Shown in pieces: positions 49,132 to 58,484 of a stretch of 64,000 bases of DNA. The notes under the pieces were generated by a model. It saw only the letters and a list, made by a program, of their open reading frames with translations, ran no database searches and was not told the origin of the DNA. The DNA is taken from NCBI GenBank assembly GCA_963739885.1, contig CAVUCC010000003.1, positions 9,580 through 73,579 on the forward strand, written 5' to 3'. Origin of the DNA: an uncultured Chloroflexia bacterium. Its GTDB lineage: Bacteria > Chloroflexota > Limnocylindria > Limnocylindrales > CSP1-4. Numbering within the stretch: the stretch's first letter is position 1; the number at the start of each line of letters is the position of its first letter. The position numbers were made by a program, and so were the translations under genes.

Positions 49132-50363
49132 CCCTCACCGGGTACCTCGCCCGCCGGCTCCGCCGCGGACACGGGCGCAGCCAAACGGCTGCCGGAATCC
49201 TCGTTCGTCGCGGCCGCCGCGAGCGGGACGACCAGCCGGAGCTCGCTGCCGCCGGCCAGGATCTCCACCTTGGCGGCGATGTAACCGGCACGCGCGACCA
49301 CGTCGCGCTGGGTTGCCGCGGGCAGGACGACTACCGCCGCGGCCTCGGCTGCCTCGGCCGCGGCCCGTCGCACGTCGTGCCGGTCCTGGATCATCTGGCG
49401 GATCGCGTCGGGCACGTCATCGGTGGGGACCTCGGGCAGCGGCTCGGCCTGCTCGGGAGGGATCGCCGCCCGCTCGGCGACCAGCCGTACCTCGAGCTCG
49501 TCCGTCCAGTCCAGGATCAGCGACATCCGCTCGGGCTCCAGGTGGAGGTAGGCGGTCAGGGCCTCATCCACGATCCGGAACACGGTGGACTCCAGCTCCA
49601 TCGGCAGCCGCCGGTCCTGGCCGAGCGACTCGAAGGTCACCGGGATGCCCTCGCGCCGTCCGCGATCGCGGGCGGAGCGTCGGAGCGTCGGCAGCAACCC
49701 GAGGTCGTCGAGGACCATGGGTCGGACGTCGAAGATGAAGCTCTTGGTGGCATCGAGCGTCTGCTGGACCATTGCGATCAGCTGCTCCAGCTCGTGCTGC
49801 GCCTGGTCGACATCGTCGTTCACCAGGCGCGCCACGATCTGCGCCTGGAGCACGATGTTGGTCAACGACTGGGCGGGTCCGTCGTGCATCGCGCGCGCGA
49901 TCTCCCGGCGGAGGTCCTCCTGGGCGTTGAGCACCACCCTGGACACGGGTGGCGGCGGGGCATCGTCCGCGGGCATGTCCTCGCCGGCGGCGGCCGGCGC
50001 GACCACCGCGACACCCGGCGGGCCAGCCTCGAGCGCCGTCACGATCTCTGCCAGGGCATCGCGGTGGCGGGCCAGCGCCTTGCGCTTGCTCTCGAGCAGG
50101 TCGACCTGGCTCTCCATCAGCACGGCTCGCCGGGTCAGGGCCACCAGCTGGTTGAGCGCGTCCGCCTGGGCGTCGCCGGGTTGGGCGATCACCTTGTTGG
50201 TCGCGCTCGCCCGCTTCTGCTCGTGGCGCGTGGCCTCGACCCTGGCCTGACCGATGAGCATGTCGATCTCGGTCAGCTCGCGCTCCAGGGTGGCGACGTC
50301 GGCCGAGAGCCGGGCGGCGAGCTCCGGGGCAGAGCCGGAGGGCAGTTCCTGGGAGGCGGTCAT
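49128..50363 (-). CDS. DegS-like cytoplasmic HisKA_3 histidine kinase homologue with degenerate ATP-binding domain
   Basis: It has an N-terminal coiled coil and no TM helix. The H-box AMHDGPAQSLTN and FDVRPMVLDDLGL are intact. The N-box position reads RIVDEALTAYLHL (no Asn). The G1 position reads VAERAAI instead of DDGxGF, and there is no G2 box. Confidence 0.7.
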   Translation of the reverse strand: MTASQELPSGSAPELAARLSADVATLERELTEIDMLIGQARVEATRHEQKRASATNKVIAQPGDAQADALNQLVALTRRAVLMESQVDLLESKRKALARHRDALAEIVTALEAGPPGVAVVAPAAAGEDMPADDAPPPPVSRVVLNAQEDLRREIARAMHDGPAQSLTNIVLQAQIVARLVNDDVDQAQHELEQLIAMVQQTLDATKSFIFDVRPMVLDDLGLLPTLRRSARDRGRREGIPVTFESLGQDRRLPMELESTVFRIVDEALTAYLHLEPERMSLILDWTDELEVRLVAERAAIPPEQAEPLPEVPTDDVPDAIRQMIQDRHDVRRAAAEAAEAAAVVVLPAATQRDVVARAGYIAAKVEILAGGSELRLVVPLAAAATNEDSGSRLAAPVSAAEPAGEVPGEG

Positions 50364-50394
50364 GGTGGGGCGGTGCCCGCTGTGGGACGGCCGC

Positions 50395-51138
50395 TCAATC
50401 CTCGGGCATCCGGATCCAGCCCTGTCGCATCGCGTAGACCACGGCCTGGGTCCGGTCGTTGACGGACAGCTTGCGCAGGATGGAGCTCATGTGGTTCTTG
50501 ACGGTCTGCTCCGAGATCGACAGCGCGTAGGCCACCTGCTTGTTGGTCATGCCCTGCGCGATGTTGTCCAGGATCTCCACCTCGCGCGGCGACAGCGGCG
50601 CGAAGATCGGCGCGGCCTCCTGGCCGTAGACGGCCAGCTCCCGGAACTCCTTGAGCACCCGCGAGGCGACGGCCGGCCGGCTGAACACCTTGTCGTTGAT
50701 GAGGTACTCGCCCGCGACCACCCGCCGGATGACCATGACCAGGTCCTCGGGGGCGATGTCCTTGAGGATGAACGCGGCCGCCCCGGCCTTGATGGACTCG
50801 AACAGGGCGTCCTCGTCCTCTTCGGTGGACAGCACGATGATCGCCGCCGACGGCAGCTCGCGCTTGACCCGCTGGGTGGTCTCGATACCGCCCGGCGTCG
50901 GCAGCGAGAGATCCATCAGGATCACGTCCGGGTTGGTCGCCAGGGAGGCGTCCATCGCACTCCGCGCATCGTCGGCCTCGGCGACGATCTCGAAATCCGG
51001 CTCCTGCTCGAGGATGTTGCGGATGCCCACGCGGAACAGGGCATGATGGTCGACGATCAGGATTTGCACCCGTTCGAACGACTGGTTCCGCCGATCCGAG
51101 CCGCCTCGCCGGCGCTCGGGTCCCTGGTACTCGGTCAT
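50395..51138 (-). CDS. NarL/LuxR (DegU-like) response regulator
   Basis: The receiver has ILIVDHH, VILMDLSLP and FILKD. The LuxR HTH is LSPREVEILDNIAQGMTNKQVAYALSISEQTVKNHMSSILRKL. The ATG overlaps the TGA of the upstream kinase (ATGA). Confidence 0.88.
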   Translation of the reverse strand: MTEYQGPERRRGGSDRRNQSFERVQILIVDHHALFRVGIRNILEQEPDFEIVAEADDARSAMDASLATNPDVILMDLSLPTPGGIETTQRVKRELPSAAIIVLSTEEDEDALFESIKAGAAAFILKDIAPEDLVMVIRRVVAGEYLINDKVFSRPAVASRVLKEFRELAVYGQEAAPIFAPLSPREVEILDNIAQGMTNKQVAYALSISEQTVKNHMSSILRKLSVNDRTQAVVYAMRQGWIRMPED

Positions 51139-52181
51139 CCGATCTCCTTTCGCGTCAACGGGATCGCCAGCCGGACCACCGTGCCCGCCTGGGGGCGGGA
51201 TCGCACTTCGAACACTGCGCCGATCAGCTCGGCGCGCTCACGCATGAACTGGAGGCCGAAGTTGCGGCGTCCGCGAGCGGCAACGGCACCGGTCTCGAAC
51301 CCTCGGCCATCATCATGAATCTCCAGGACCCATTGTCCATCGTCGATCATCGAGGCAACCGTCACGTTCGTGGCCGCCGCGTGCTTCCGGATATTCTGCA
51401 GGGCCTCCTGTAGCACGCGCAGCGCCACGGTCTGACTGGCCTCGGGGAGATCGCTCGTCGGGCCGCGGAGATCGGTGGTGACGTGCAGCTCGCCCACCGC
51501 AGACTGAGTGCTCACCGCGTCCTCGATCGCGCCGTCCAGACCGAGCTCTGCGAGGACGGGCGGTCGCAGCCGGCGGATGAAGCTCCGGACGTCGTCCAGC
51601 TCACGCCGTAGCAGCTCCCGGAGCATCCGGAGCTCGGTCCGCGCAAGCGGGTGGTCGGAATCGAAGACGCGATCGATGAACTCGACCTGGAAGATCGCGT
51701 TGGACAGCGCCTGGGCCGGGCCGTCGTGCACCTCCTTCGACATCCGGACCCGCTCGGCCTCCTGCGCTTCCACCAGCCGCATCTGTAGCTCGGCCGGCCC
51801 GTGGGGCAGCTCGATGTCGGTGATCAGCGAGCTGTCGCCGCGTTCCAGAAACAGCCACGTCGCCTCGAGGTTGCGGACGGCGTGGCCCAACCTGCCCAGC
51901 TCGGCCTCGCGGTGTCCGAGCGCGTCTCGCGCACGGTCGAGCTCGGCCCCGGCGCCCGGCGGCACCTTGTCGGCCCGCTCGAGCACCTCGAGACTGTCGC
52001 GCAGCTCCTCCAGGTGGGCGACCTCCTCGAGGTACGCCTGCCGGAACCGATCGCGAGCGGCGCGCACCGTGTTCGCGGCGTAGGCCAGCGCCTCCGTCGA
52101 CTCAGCGAGCAACTCGTCGTACCGGCCCCCGGTGGGCACGCCACTGGCATCCATCGGAGTGAGTGTATCGGCCGTGCTCAT
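51135..52181 (-). CDS. DegS-like cytoplasmic HisKA_3 sensor histidine kinase (complete catalytic domain)
   Basis: It has a coiled-coil N-terminus and no TM helix. The H-box is VHDGPAQALSNAIFQ, the N-box LQEALQNIRKHA, G1 EIHDDGRGF and G2 NFGLQFMRERA. ATG 52181 overlaps the TGA of the upstream GT-C gene. Confidence 0.85.
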   Translation of the reverse strand: MSTADTLTPMDASGVPTGGRYDELLAESTEALAYAANTVRAARDRFRQAYLEEVAHLEELRDSLEVLERADKVPPGAGAELDRARDALGHREAELGRLGHAVRNLEATWLFLERGDSSLITDIELPHGPAELQMRLVEAQEAERVRMSKEVHDGPAQALSNAIFQVEFIDRVFDSDHPLARTELRMLRELLRRELDDVRSFIRRLRPPVLAELGLDGAIEDAVSTQSAVGELHVTTDLRGPTSDLPEASQTVALRVLQEALQNIRKHAAATNVTVASMIDDGQWVLEIHDDGRGFETGAVAARGRRNFGLQFMRERAELIGAVFEVRSRPQAGTVVRLAIPLTRKEIG

Positions 52182-53884
52182 GGTGCCGCGACCGCCGCTG
52201 CACCGACGGGACGGGTCTCCGCTACCCCCGCGCAGGCGATCCGGAACACGCGGACGTCCGCGATCGCCGCGGCGTCGGCCGGGTCGGGCGGCACCGGCAG
52301 CAGGACCTCCTGGAAGCAGGTGGCGTCCGGATCGGGACCATCCAGGATCGCCGGCCATGCGCCGCGCTCCCGGCTGGCCACGATCAACCAGCGAGCCCCG
52401 AACCGGGTGGCCAGGTCCAGCACGTCCGCGGGTGTCTCGTCCGGCAGGCCCAGGGTTTGCACACGGGCGGCCTCGGCCAGCCAGATCGGGAAGTCGTGGA
52501 TGACCGGCGCGCTGCCGTCGAGGGGCGCACCCACCTCGGCCATCTCGCGCTCCAGCACCGCGTAGGTTCGCTGGGTGTCGCGAGCTCCAGCCCCGAAGCC
52601 GGGCAGCAGGGCCGCCGTGAACAGGGCGGATGCCGAAACCGCCAGCAGCGGCCCCAGCCAGGCCACCGGCCGCGTCCAGCCCAGCCGCCGGCCGACGGCC
52701 GCGATCAGCGCATCGAGCGCCCCGGCCGCCGAGACGAGCAGCAGAACGTGGACCGGAACGGCGGCATGGAGGAAGGTCCCCCAGGTGGTCGCCACCGGGA
52801 ACAGCAGGCTGGTGACCAGGAACGTGACCGCGCTCAGCAGCAGCAGCGGGCGAAGCGCCCGATCGCGCGCCTGCCAGGGCAGGGCCACCGCGCCGATCAG
52901 GGACACCGGCACGCCCAGGAACAGCAGCACGCTGAACAGGTTGTGGCCCAGGCCGTCGATCCGCATCTGGAGCAGGGTGCCGGCGCCAACCGAGAGGTAT
53001 CGAGCCAGGGTGGGCGGGTCGTTCCAGGCGAAGATGTCGTACCCGGTCACCGACAGCGCGTTGGACAGCGCCTGACCGGGCAGCGGGTTGCCGAACACGA
53101 GCCAGTCACGAACGGCCCAGGGCACGAACACGACCAGGCTGACGGCCGCCACCATGCCGATCAGCCGGCCACGGACCGCCTTCGTCTCACCTCGCCGTCG
53201 CCAGGCCAGCCAGGCCCAGACCAGGGCGAGCCAGGCCGCCTCGTTGCGGGTCAGCGCCGCCGCCCCCAGCAGGAGCCCGATCCCCAGCAATCGAGGGTCG
53301 GTGAGCCGGGCACCACGCGGGTCCCGGAGCACCCGCGTCATCAGCAGGCAGGCGCCAAGGGCCAGGGCGCCGAACAGCATGGTCGAATCGGGTAGCGCGG
53401 AATGGAGGACGAGCGGCAGGTAGACGGCAGCAGCCAGGCCCGTCCCGACCGCCAGCGTTCGGGCACGACCGGCCGGCAGCGCCCGCTCCGCGGCGAGGTC
53501 GGCGGCCAGCCGCCAGGCGAGGACGGCCACGATCGCGCCTGCGAGCACCGGCACGACCTGCGCCGCGCGCATCGCGGCCTCGAGCGAGATCGGCGACGGC
53601 CCGGCGACCAGCGCCATCGGGATCGCGGCCAGCAGCGACGGCAGCGGCAGCCACACCTCGAACGCCGGGCGCGGGAACACCAGCGGCGGCGTGCCGTAGC
53701 TCCACAGCGCGTCTGACACCAGGCCCCGGCCCTCGACCAGGTTGCGCGCCACCCCCACGTAGTAGGCCGTGTCTTCCGGCTTGGGGAAGGGGATCAGCGA
53801 TGCCGCCGCGATCCTGACGGCCGCCGCCACCGCGAAGATCACGGCAGCGGTCAGCCACGCCTCGTGACGGATCAAGGAGCGCAT
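52178..53884 (-). CDS. ArnT/PMT-like GT-C membrane glycosyltransferase (paralogue B)
   Basis: A 568-aa product with about 11 TM helices, an acidic first loop (FPKPEDTAYYVGVARNL) and a soluble C-terminal domain. ATG 53884 is in frame within ORF 52178..55483; the rest of that ORF is out-of-frame overlap with the next gene. Confidence 0.7.
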   Translation of the reverse strand: MRSLIRHEAWLTAAVIFAVAAAVRIAAASLIPFPKPEDTAYYVGVARNLVEGRGLVSDALWSYGTPPLVFPRPAFEVWLPLPSLLAAIPMALVAGPSPISLEAAMRAAQVVPVLAGAIVAVLAWRLAADLAAERALPAGRARTLAVGTGLAAAVYLPLVLHSALPDSTMLFGALALGACLLMTRVLRDPRGARLTDPRLLGIGLLLGAAALTRNEAAWLALVWAWLAWRRRGETKAVRGRLIGMVAAVSLVVFVPWAVRDWLVFGNPLPGQALSNALSVTGYDIFAWNDPPTLARYLSVGAGTLLQMRIDGLGHNLFSVLLFLGVPVSLIGAVALPWQARDRALRPLLLLSAVTFLVTSLLFPVATTWGTFLHAAVPVHVLLLVSAAGALDALIAAVGRRLGWTRPVAWLGPLLAVSASALFTAALLPGFGAGARDTQRTYAVLEREMAEVGAPLDGSAPVIHDFPIWLAEAARVQTLGLPDETPADVLDLATRFGARWLIVASRERGAWPAILDGPDPDATCFQEVLLPVPPDPADAAAIADVRVFRIACAGVAETRPVGAAAVAAP

Positions 53885-55464
53885 CGCGGATCGTCGGACG
53901 AGCGGCACATCGGATACACGGCCACGTCCGCGTGCTGGAGGATGGGCGGCCCGATCCACGGCGGCCGCTCCCCGTTGGTCAGGATCTCGGTCACGGCGGG
54001 GACGGTGTCGCCCGGCTCGAGCACGAGCCACCGGGTGTCGTACGCGTCGCCGACCTCCTTGACCGTGATCAGCGGGTCGTTGACCAGCACAACGCCGGGG
54101 TGGCCGGTCCAGTAGCGGTAGCCGGCCGCGTCGATGGACATCACCCGGTCCGTGACGGGCGCTCCGGCCAGGTCCAGCGCGATCCCCACCGAGCGCATCC
54201 GCGCGGCGTTGGCCTCCCAGCCGCCGTGGACGATGACGGCGCCCAGGGCCGCGGCCAGCACGCCGAACCCGACCGCCCCCGCGACGAACACCCGGGCCGC
54301 CTGCGCGAAGTCCCAGCTCGGGCGGCGTCTGGCCGCCCAGCCAGCCGCGAGCACCACGCCCTCGAGCGCGAGGACGTATCCGTGGGGCGCCAGCGCCACC
54401 GCCGAGTGGATGAACGTGCCGCCCGGGACGTGGACCGCGGAGACCAGCGCGCTGAACGCGAACAGCAGGACGGCGTAGCCGAGATAGGGGCCGAACATCG
54501 CGTCGCGCCGCCGGCTCCACGCCCCGATGACCAGGAACGGGACCAGGATCAGGGCACACACCAGGACGCTGAAGATGAACGCCGCGGACACGAGACCGCC
54601 GATCCGCGTCAGCAGCAGCGGGATGAGACCCATGCCCAGCAGGTGATCGAGGCTGGCCGGCGTGGTGATGCTGTTCCACTCGCCGATGTTGCGGATGAAC
54701 AGCACCTTGCCCGAGGCCGTCGACGGCGACAGCGAGCCGAACGTCGCCAGCTGACGCGGGTACCACGGCGCCATGACCACCAGAAACAGGGCCACCGACC
54801 CGAAGGCCGCGGTCCACGGGATGTGGCGTCCGCGCACGCGGTCCCAGAGGAAGGCGAGGCCGAGTACGCCCAGCACCAGCAGACCATCGTTGCGCGATAG
54901 CGTGGCCACGCCCGCCAGCAGGCCCGCGAGCGCGAAGTCGCGTCCGGCACGGGGTCGTCCGCTGAGCGCGCGCCCCGCCAGCCACAGCGAACCGGCCACC
55001 AGCGGCTGGTACAGGGAGAAGTTGTCCGGCTGGGCCATGAACACGAACGACATGGCCGGCAGCGCGGTCAGGATCGCCGCCCCCACCGAGACCCACTCGG
55101 GGGCTCCGGCGTCGCGCCCGATCGCCCATGCCAGCGGCGCCGCGAACGCGCCGGCGAAGGCGAACGGCAGTGCCGAGGCCATCGCGGTCGGGCCAAGCAG
55201 CCAGATGAACGGCACCTGGACCAGCGATGCGAGCGGCATCCAGTGGGCGTTGGACGGGATCGGCAGGACCGGATTGGCGGGGATCACCCCACCCACCTCG
55301 GCGAAGATCCAGACCACGTCCACGTTGAAGCCGTGTCCCGCGGCCAGCTGCCGCGCAACGTCCACGTAATAGAAGGAATCGGGGTAGGCGGGGTTGGGGA
55401 ACACGGCGGCGACGAGCAGTCGGGCCACCAGGGCGAACAGGTAGAGCGCGACCGGGATGCGCAC
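53872..55464 (-). CDS. ArnT/PMT-like GT-C membrane glycosyltransferase (paralogue A)
   Basis: A 530-aa polytopic protein with first loop NPAYPDSFYYVDVARQLAAGHGF and a C-terminal soluble domain. GTG start. Confidence 0.7.
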   Translation of the reverse strand: MRIPVALYLFALVARLLVAAVFPNPAYPDSFYYVDVARQLAAGHGFNVDVVWIFAEVGGVIPANPVLPIPSNAHWMPLASLVQVPFIWLLGPTAMASALPFAFAGAFAAPLAWAIGRDAGAPEWVSVGAAILTALPAMSFVFMAQPDNFSLYQPLVAGSLWLAGRALSGRPRAGRDFALAGLLAGVATLSRNDGLLVLGVLGLAFLWDRVRGRHIPWTAAFGSVALFLVVMAPWYPRQLATFGSLSPSTASGKVLFIRNIGEWNSITTPASLDHLLGMGLIPLLLTRIGGLVSAAFIFSVLVCALILVPFLVIGAWSRRRDAMFGPYLGYAVLLFAFSALVSAVHVPGGTFIHSAVALAPHGYVLALEGVVLAAGWAARRRPSWDFAQAARVFVAGAVGFGVLAAALGAVIVHGGWEANAARMRSVGIALDLAGAPVTDRVMSIDAAGYRYWTGHPGVVLVNDPLITVKEVGDAYDTRWLVLEPGDTVPAVTEILTNGERPPWIGPPILQHADVAVYPMCRSSDDPRCAP

Positions 55465-55580
55465 GGCTGGTGCAGACTAGCACCGGGGTTCGCCCCGACA
55501 GAGGGGTACGAATCGGCTACCGTGGACGTCACCCGGTGGGTCGCTGGGCCCCTGTCCCAGCGCGTATCGTCTCCCGCGTG

Positions 55581-56480
55581 ATGTCAGTCGGCTCGCGCCC
55601 GAGCTCGTTCGTGCTGTCGCCGTCGGGGCGCAGGATGGTCTGGATCGTCCTGGGCGCCGGGTCGGTCATCGGCCTCCTGATCGGCCTGGGGGCGCTTCGG
55701 CTCCACCTCACGACCGACCCGCTGGCCGACGTCCACGCGTACTACGACGCGGGCGCGAGGCTCAACGCCGGACTCCCCCTGTACGACCAGGCCGCGACGA
55801 CCAACGACCCCAGATTTTACCGGTACCCGCCCCTGCTCGCGATCCTGTTCCGGCCATTGGCCCTGTTGTCGTTCGAGGCAGCTGCCGCCGTTTGGATGGC
55901 CGTCCTGGGGGTGGCGACCCTGTTGACCGTGTGGCGTCTCAGCCGTGGCCTGCCGCTCCTGCTGGCCGCCGGGATGCTGGCCATGCCGATCCTGTGGACG
56001 CTCGCGATCGGGCAGGCACAGGTCCTCGTCACGCTGCTCCTCGCGTATGGCACGCCGTTGGGTGTCGCGCTCGCCGGCCATCTCAAGCTCACGCCGTGGC
56101 TGGTGGCGGTGTACTGGGTGGGACGCCGTGACCTGGTGACCGTACGGCGGCTGCTGGTGTGGGTTGTGATCATCGGACTCGCCCAGGTCGCCCTGGCGCC
56201 GCAGGCGACCATCGACTACCTGGCCTTCCCGTCACTGACCCAGGTGGGTGAGGTCGTCAACCTCTCGCCCTACGCCGTGTCGCCGCTCCTGTGGGTCCTC
56301 GTCGTGACGCTCGGGACCCTGCTCGCCCTGCGTCTGGCGCCGACGCGCTGGGGCTGGGCCGCCGCCGTTGCGCTCGGGGTGGGTGCCACGCCGCGCCTGC
56401 TGGGGTACCAGCTGTCGTCGCTCCTGGCCGCATTCGGCGGGCCTGACCATCGTCCCAACCGGCGTGAGGGAGGTTCGTGA
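55581..56480 (+). CDS. DUF2029 / GT87-like polyprenol-phosphate-sugar-dependent glycosyltransferase (paralogue 1)
   Basis: A polytopic protein with first-loop motif DPLADVHAYYDAGARLNAGLPLYD...FYRYPP, then GQAQVLVTLLL and LKLTPW. Start ATG 55581 (GTG 55578 is possible). Confidence 0.7.
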   Translation: MSVGSRPSSFVLSPSGRRMVWIVLGAGSVIGLLIGLGALRLHLTTDPLADVHAYYDAGARLNAGLPLYDQAATTNDPRFYRYPPLLAILFRPLALLSFEAAAAVWMAVLGVATLLTVWRLSRGLPLLLAAGMLAMPILWTLAIGQAQVLVTLLLAYGTPLGVALAGHLKLTPWLVAVYWVGRRDLVTVRRLLVWVVIIGLAQVALAPQATIDYLAFPSLTQVGEVVNLSPYAVSPLLWVLVVTLGTLLALRLAPTRWGWAAAVALGVGATPRLLGYQLSSLLAAFGGPDHRPNRREGGS

Positions 56481-57657
56481 GGCAGCGCGGCCCCGACCTC
56501 GGCCCGTGGCTCGTCGCCGGTGCCGTGGCGTGGGTGGGCCTCGCATGGCTGGGCTGGTCCCTATGGCAGGGCACGCCGCATCGGGCCGGCTTCGATCTCA
56601 CGCTCCTGCTCGATGCCGCTCGCCGAGTGCTGGGCGGCCGAAGCCCCTACGACCCGGCGATGCTCTCCGGCACCGCTCCCCAGGCGACCGAGCTGTTCTA
56701 CTCGTATCCCCCGCCCGTGGCCCAGGCGCTCACCCTACTGGCCTGGATGCCAGACGGCGTGGCCCTGATCGTCTGGATCGCCGGCGCGACGGCAGGACTG
56801 GGCGTGATCGCCGGCCTGATCGCGCGTGCTCTCGACGCTGACGGGAGGGGCGTGGCGGTCCGCGTCGTCGCCGCGGCCCCGCTCGTCCTGCCTTTCGGGA
56901 TCGCGCTCCTGTTCGGAAACCTGGACGCGTGGTTCCCGCTCGCCTTCGGTGCGCTGCTGCTGGCGGTGTTGCCGGGGGCGTCGAGGCGGACGCAGCTGGC
57001 GGCCGGCGCAGCCATTGCCATCGCAACGATCGCCAAGCTCCACCCGGCGCCGCTCCTCCTGTGGGTGGCCGTCAGGGCCTTCCGCGATGGCGGCGGGGCC
57101 CAGGCGCGCGTCCTCGCGGCGGCGGTCGTCACCGGGCTGGGCGTCGTTGCGGTGAGCCTCGTCGTCGGCGGGCTCGGACCATGGCGGACTACGTCGGGGT
57201 CGTTCGGGCCGGCGCCGGCACGGGGCTCGTTGATTCGCGGAACGCCGGGCCGGTGTCGCTGCTGGGCCAGGCGACCGGTCTCGGCGGCGGCGCGCTGCAG
57301 ATGGCCCAGGCCATCGTGTCGCTCGCCGTGGTGGCCGCGACGCTGCTCGCCGCCTGGCGAGTCCGCGAGCCGGTCACGAGCCTCGCCATCGCGAGCGCCA
57401 TGTCACTGATGACGCTGCCCGTCACCTGGTACCACTACCCGGTGGCGCTGGTCCCGGTGGCGATCGCGCTCGTCATTCGCTATCCGGCAACGAGGTCGCG
57501 AGTCGTGCTGGCGACCGTCGTGGTGGATGCGGCAATCGCGTACCTGCCGCTGCTCTGGCTCGCTGTCGCCGTGCTGCTGGTGGCCTGCCTGGCGCCAGAC
57601 GGTACCCGGACCCATGGCACTCCAGTCCCGGTTACGGGACGCACCACCGGGTTCTAG
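56477..57657 (+). pseudogene. DUF2029 / GT87-like glycosyltransferase (paralogue 2), frameshifted at about 57184
   Basis: ORF 56477.. gives GFDLTLLLDAARRVLGGRSPYD...LFYSYPPP, AKLHPA and ...VVGGLGPW. The sequence continues as ADYVGVVRAGAGTGLVDSRNAG...LPVTWYHYPVAL in ORF 56929..57657. One G appears to be missing after TGG (57182-57184). Confidence 0.75.
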
Positions 57658-57666
57658 ACTGCCTCG

Positions 57667-58471
57667 ATGCCCTACAGCAGCCTCACCATCGTCCTGCCGG
57701 CGTTCAACGAGGAGGCCCGTCTCGGGCCGGCCCTCGATGAGCTGTTCGGCTACCTCCATCGCCGGGGCGATCATGCCCGCGATGGGCGGCCCGGGAGCGC
57801 ACGAGCTGCCCGCCAACATCGACGTGCTGGTGGTCAACGACGGCAGCACGGACGGTACGGCCGCGCTGGTCCAGGCCCGGCCCGAGCTCGCCGCGGGCGA
57901 GCTCGCGTTGCTGAGCGTTCCCCACGGTGGCAAGGGTGCGGCCGTCCAGGCCGGGATGCTGGCCGCCCGCGGCGATCTGGTGGTCTTCGCTGACGCGGAC
58001 ATGGCGACGCCGCCTGATGAGCTCGCGCCGCTCGTGCAGGTCCTGGCTTCGGCCGATGCGGTCTACGGCAGCCGGATCCAGCCCGACGGCAGCGACATGC
58101 GCAAGTCCCAGCCGCCCTGGCGGCGGTCGCTGGGCCGCGCCTTCCACGCGCTCGCCTCGCTGTGGGTGGTGGGACCGGTGCAGGACACCCAGTGCGGGTT
58201 CAAGGGCTTCCGGCGACATGTCGCCCAGGACGTGTTCGCGCGGCAGCGGATCACCAGCATCGTGTTCGACGTGGAGGTCATCTTCCTCGTGCGCCGGCGC
58301 GGCTACAGCTGGACGGTGGTGCCCATCCAGTGGGCGGATCGTCGCGGCTCGCGCATGCACCCGGGCTTCCTGCTGGCTCTTCGGGTCGCCTGGGACCTGT
58401 TCCGGATCCCGTTCCTGCATCGTGACGTGAAACGGGTCGCGAAGGAGACCGGCGACCAGGCGACGGCCTGA
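57667..58471 (+). pseudogene. GT2 polyprenyl(dolichyl)-phosphate hexose synthase-type glycosyltransferase, frameshifted at about 57764-57767
   Basis: ATG 57667 gives MPYSSLTIVLPAFNEEARLGPALDELFGYLHRR. The rest (IDVLVVNDGSTDGT, VVFADADMATPPDE, GSRI, QCGFKGF) is in ORF 57527..58471. The likely site is the GGGG run at 57764-57767. Confidence 0.8.
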
Positions 58472-58484
58472 TCGGGGGCGGGAG

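Noticed and set aside
52178-55483. 1101-aa single giant ORF
   Set aside because: Only the last 568 codons (from ATG 53884) are a coherent membrane protein. The first half is an out-of-frame read-through of the separate GT-C gene at 53872-55464.
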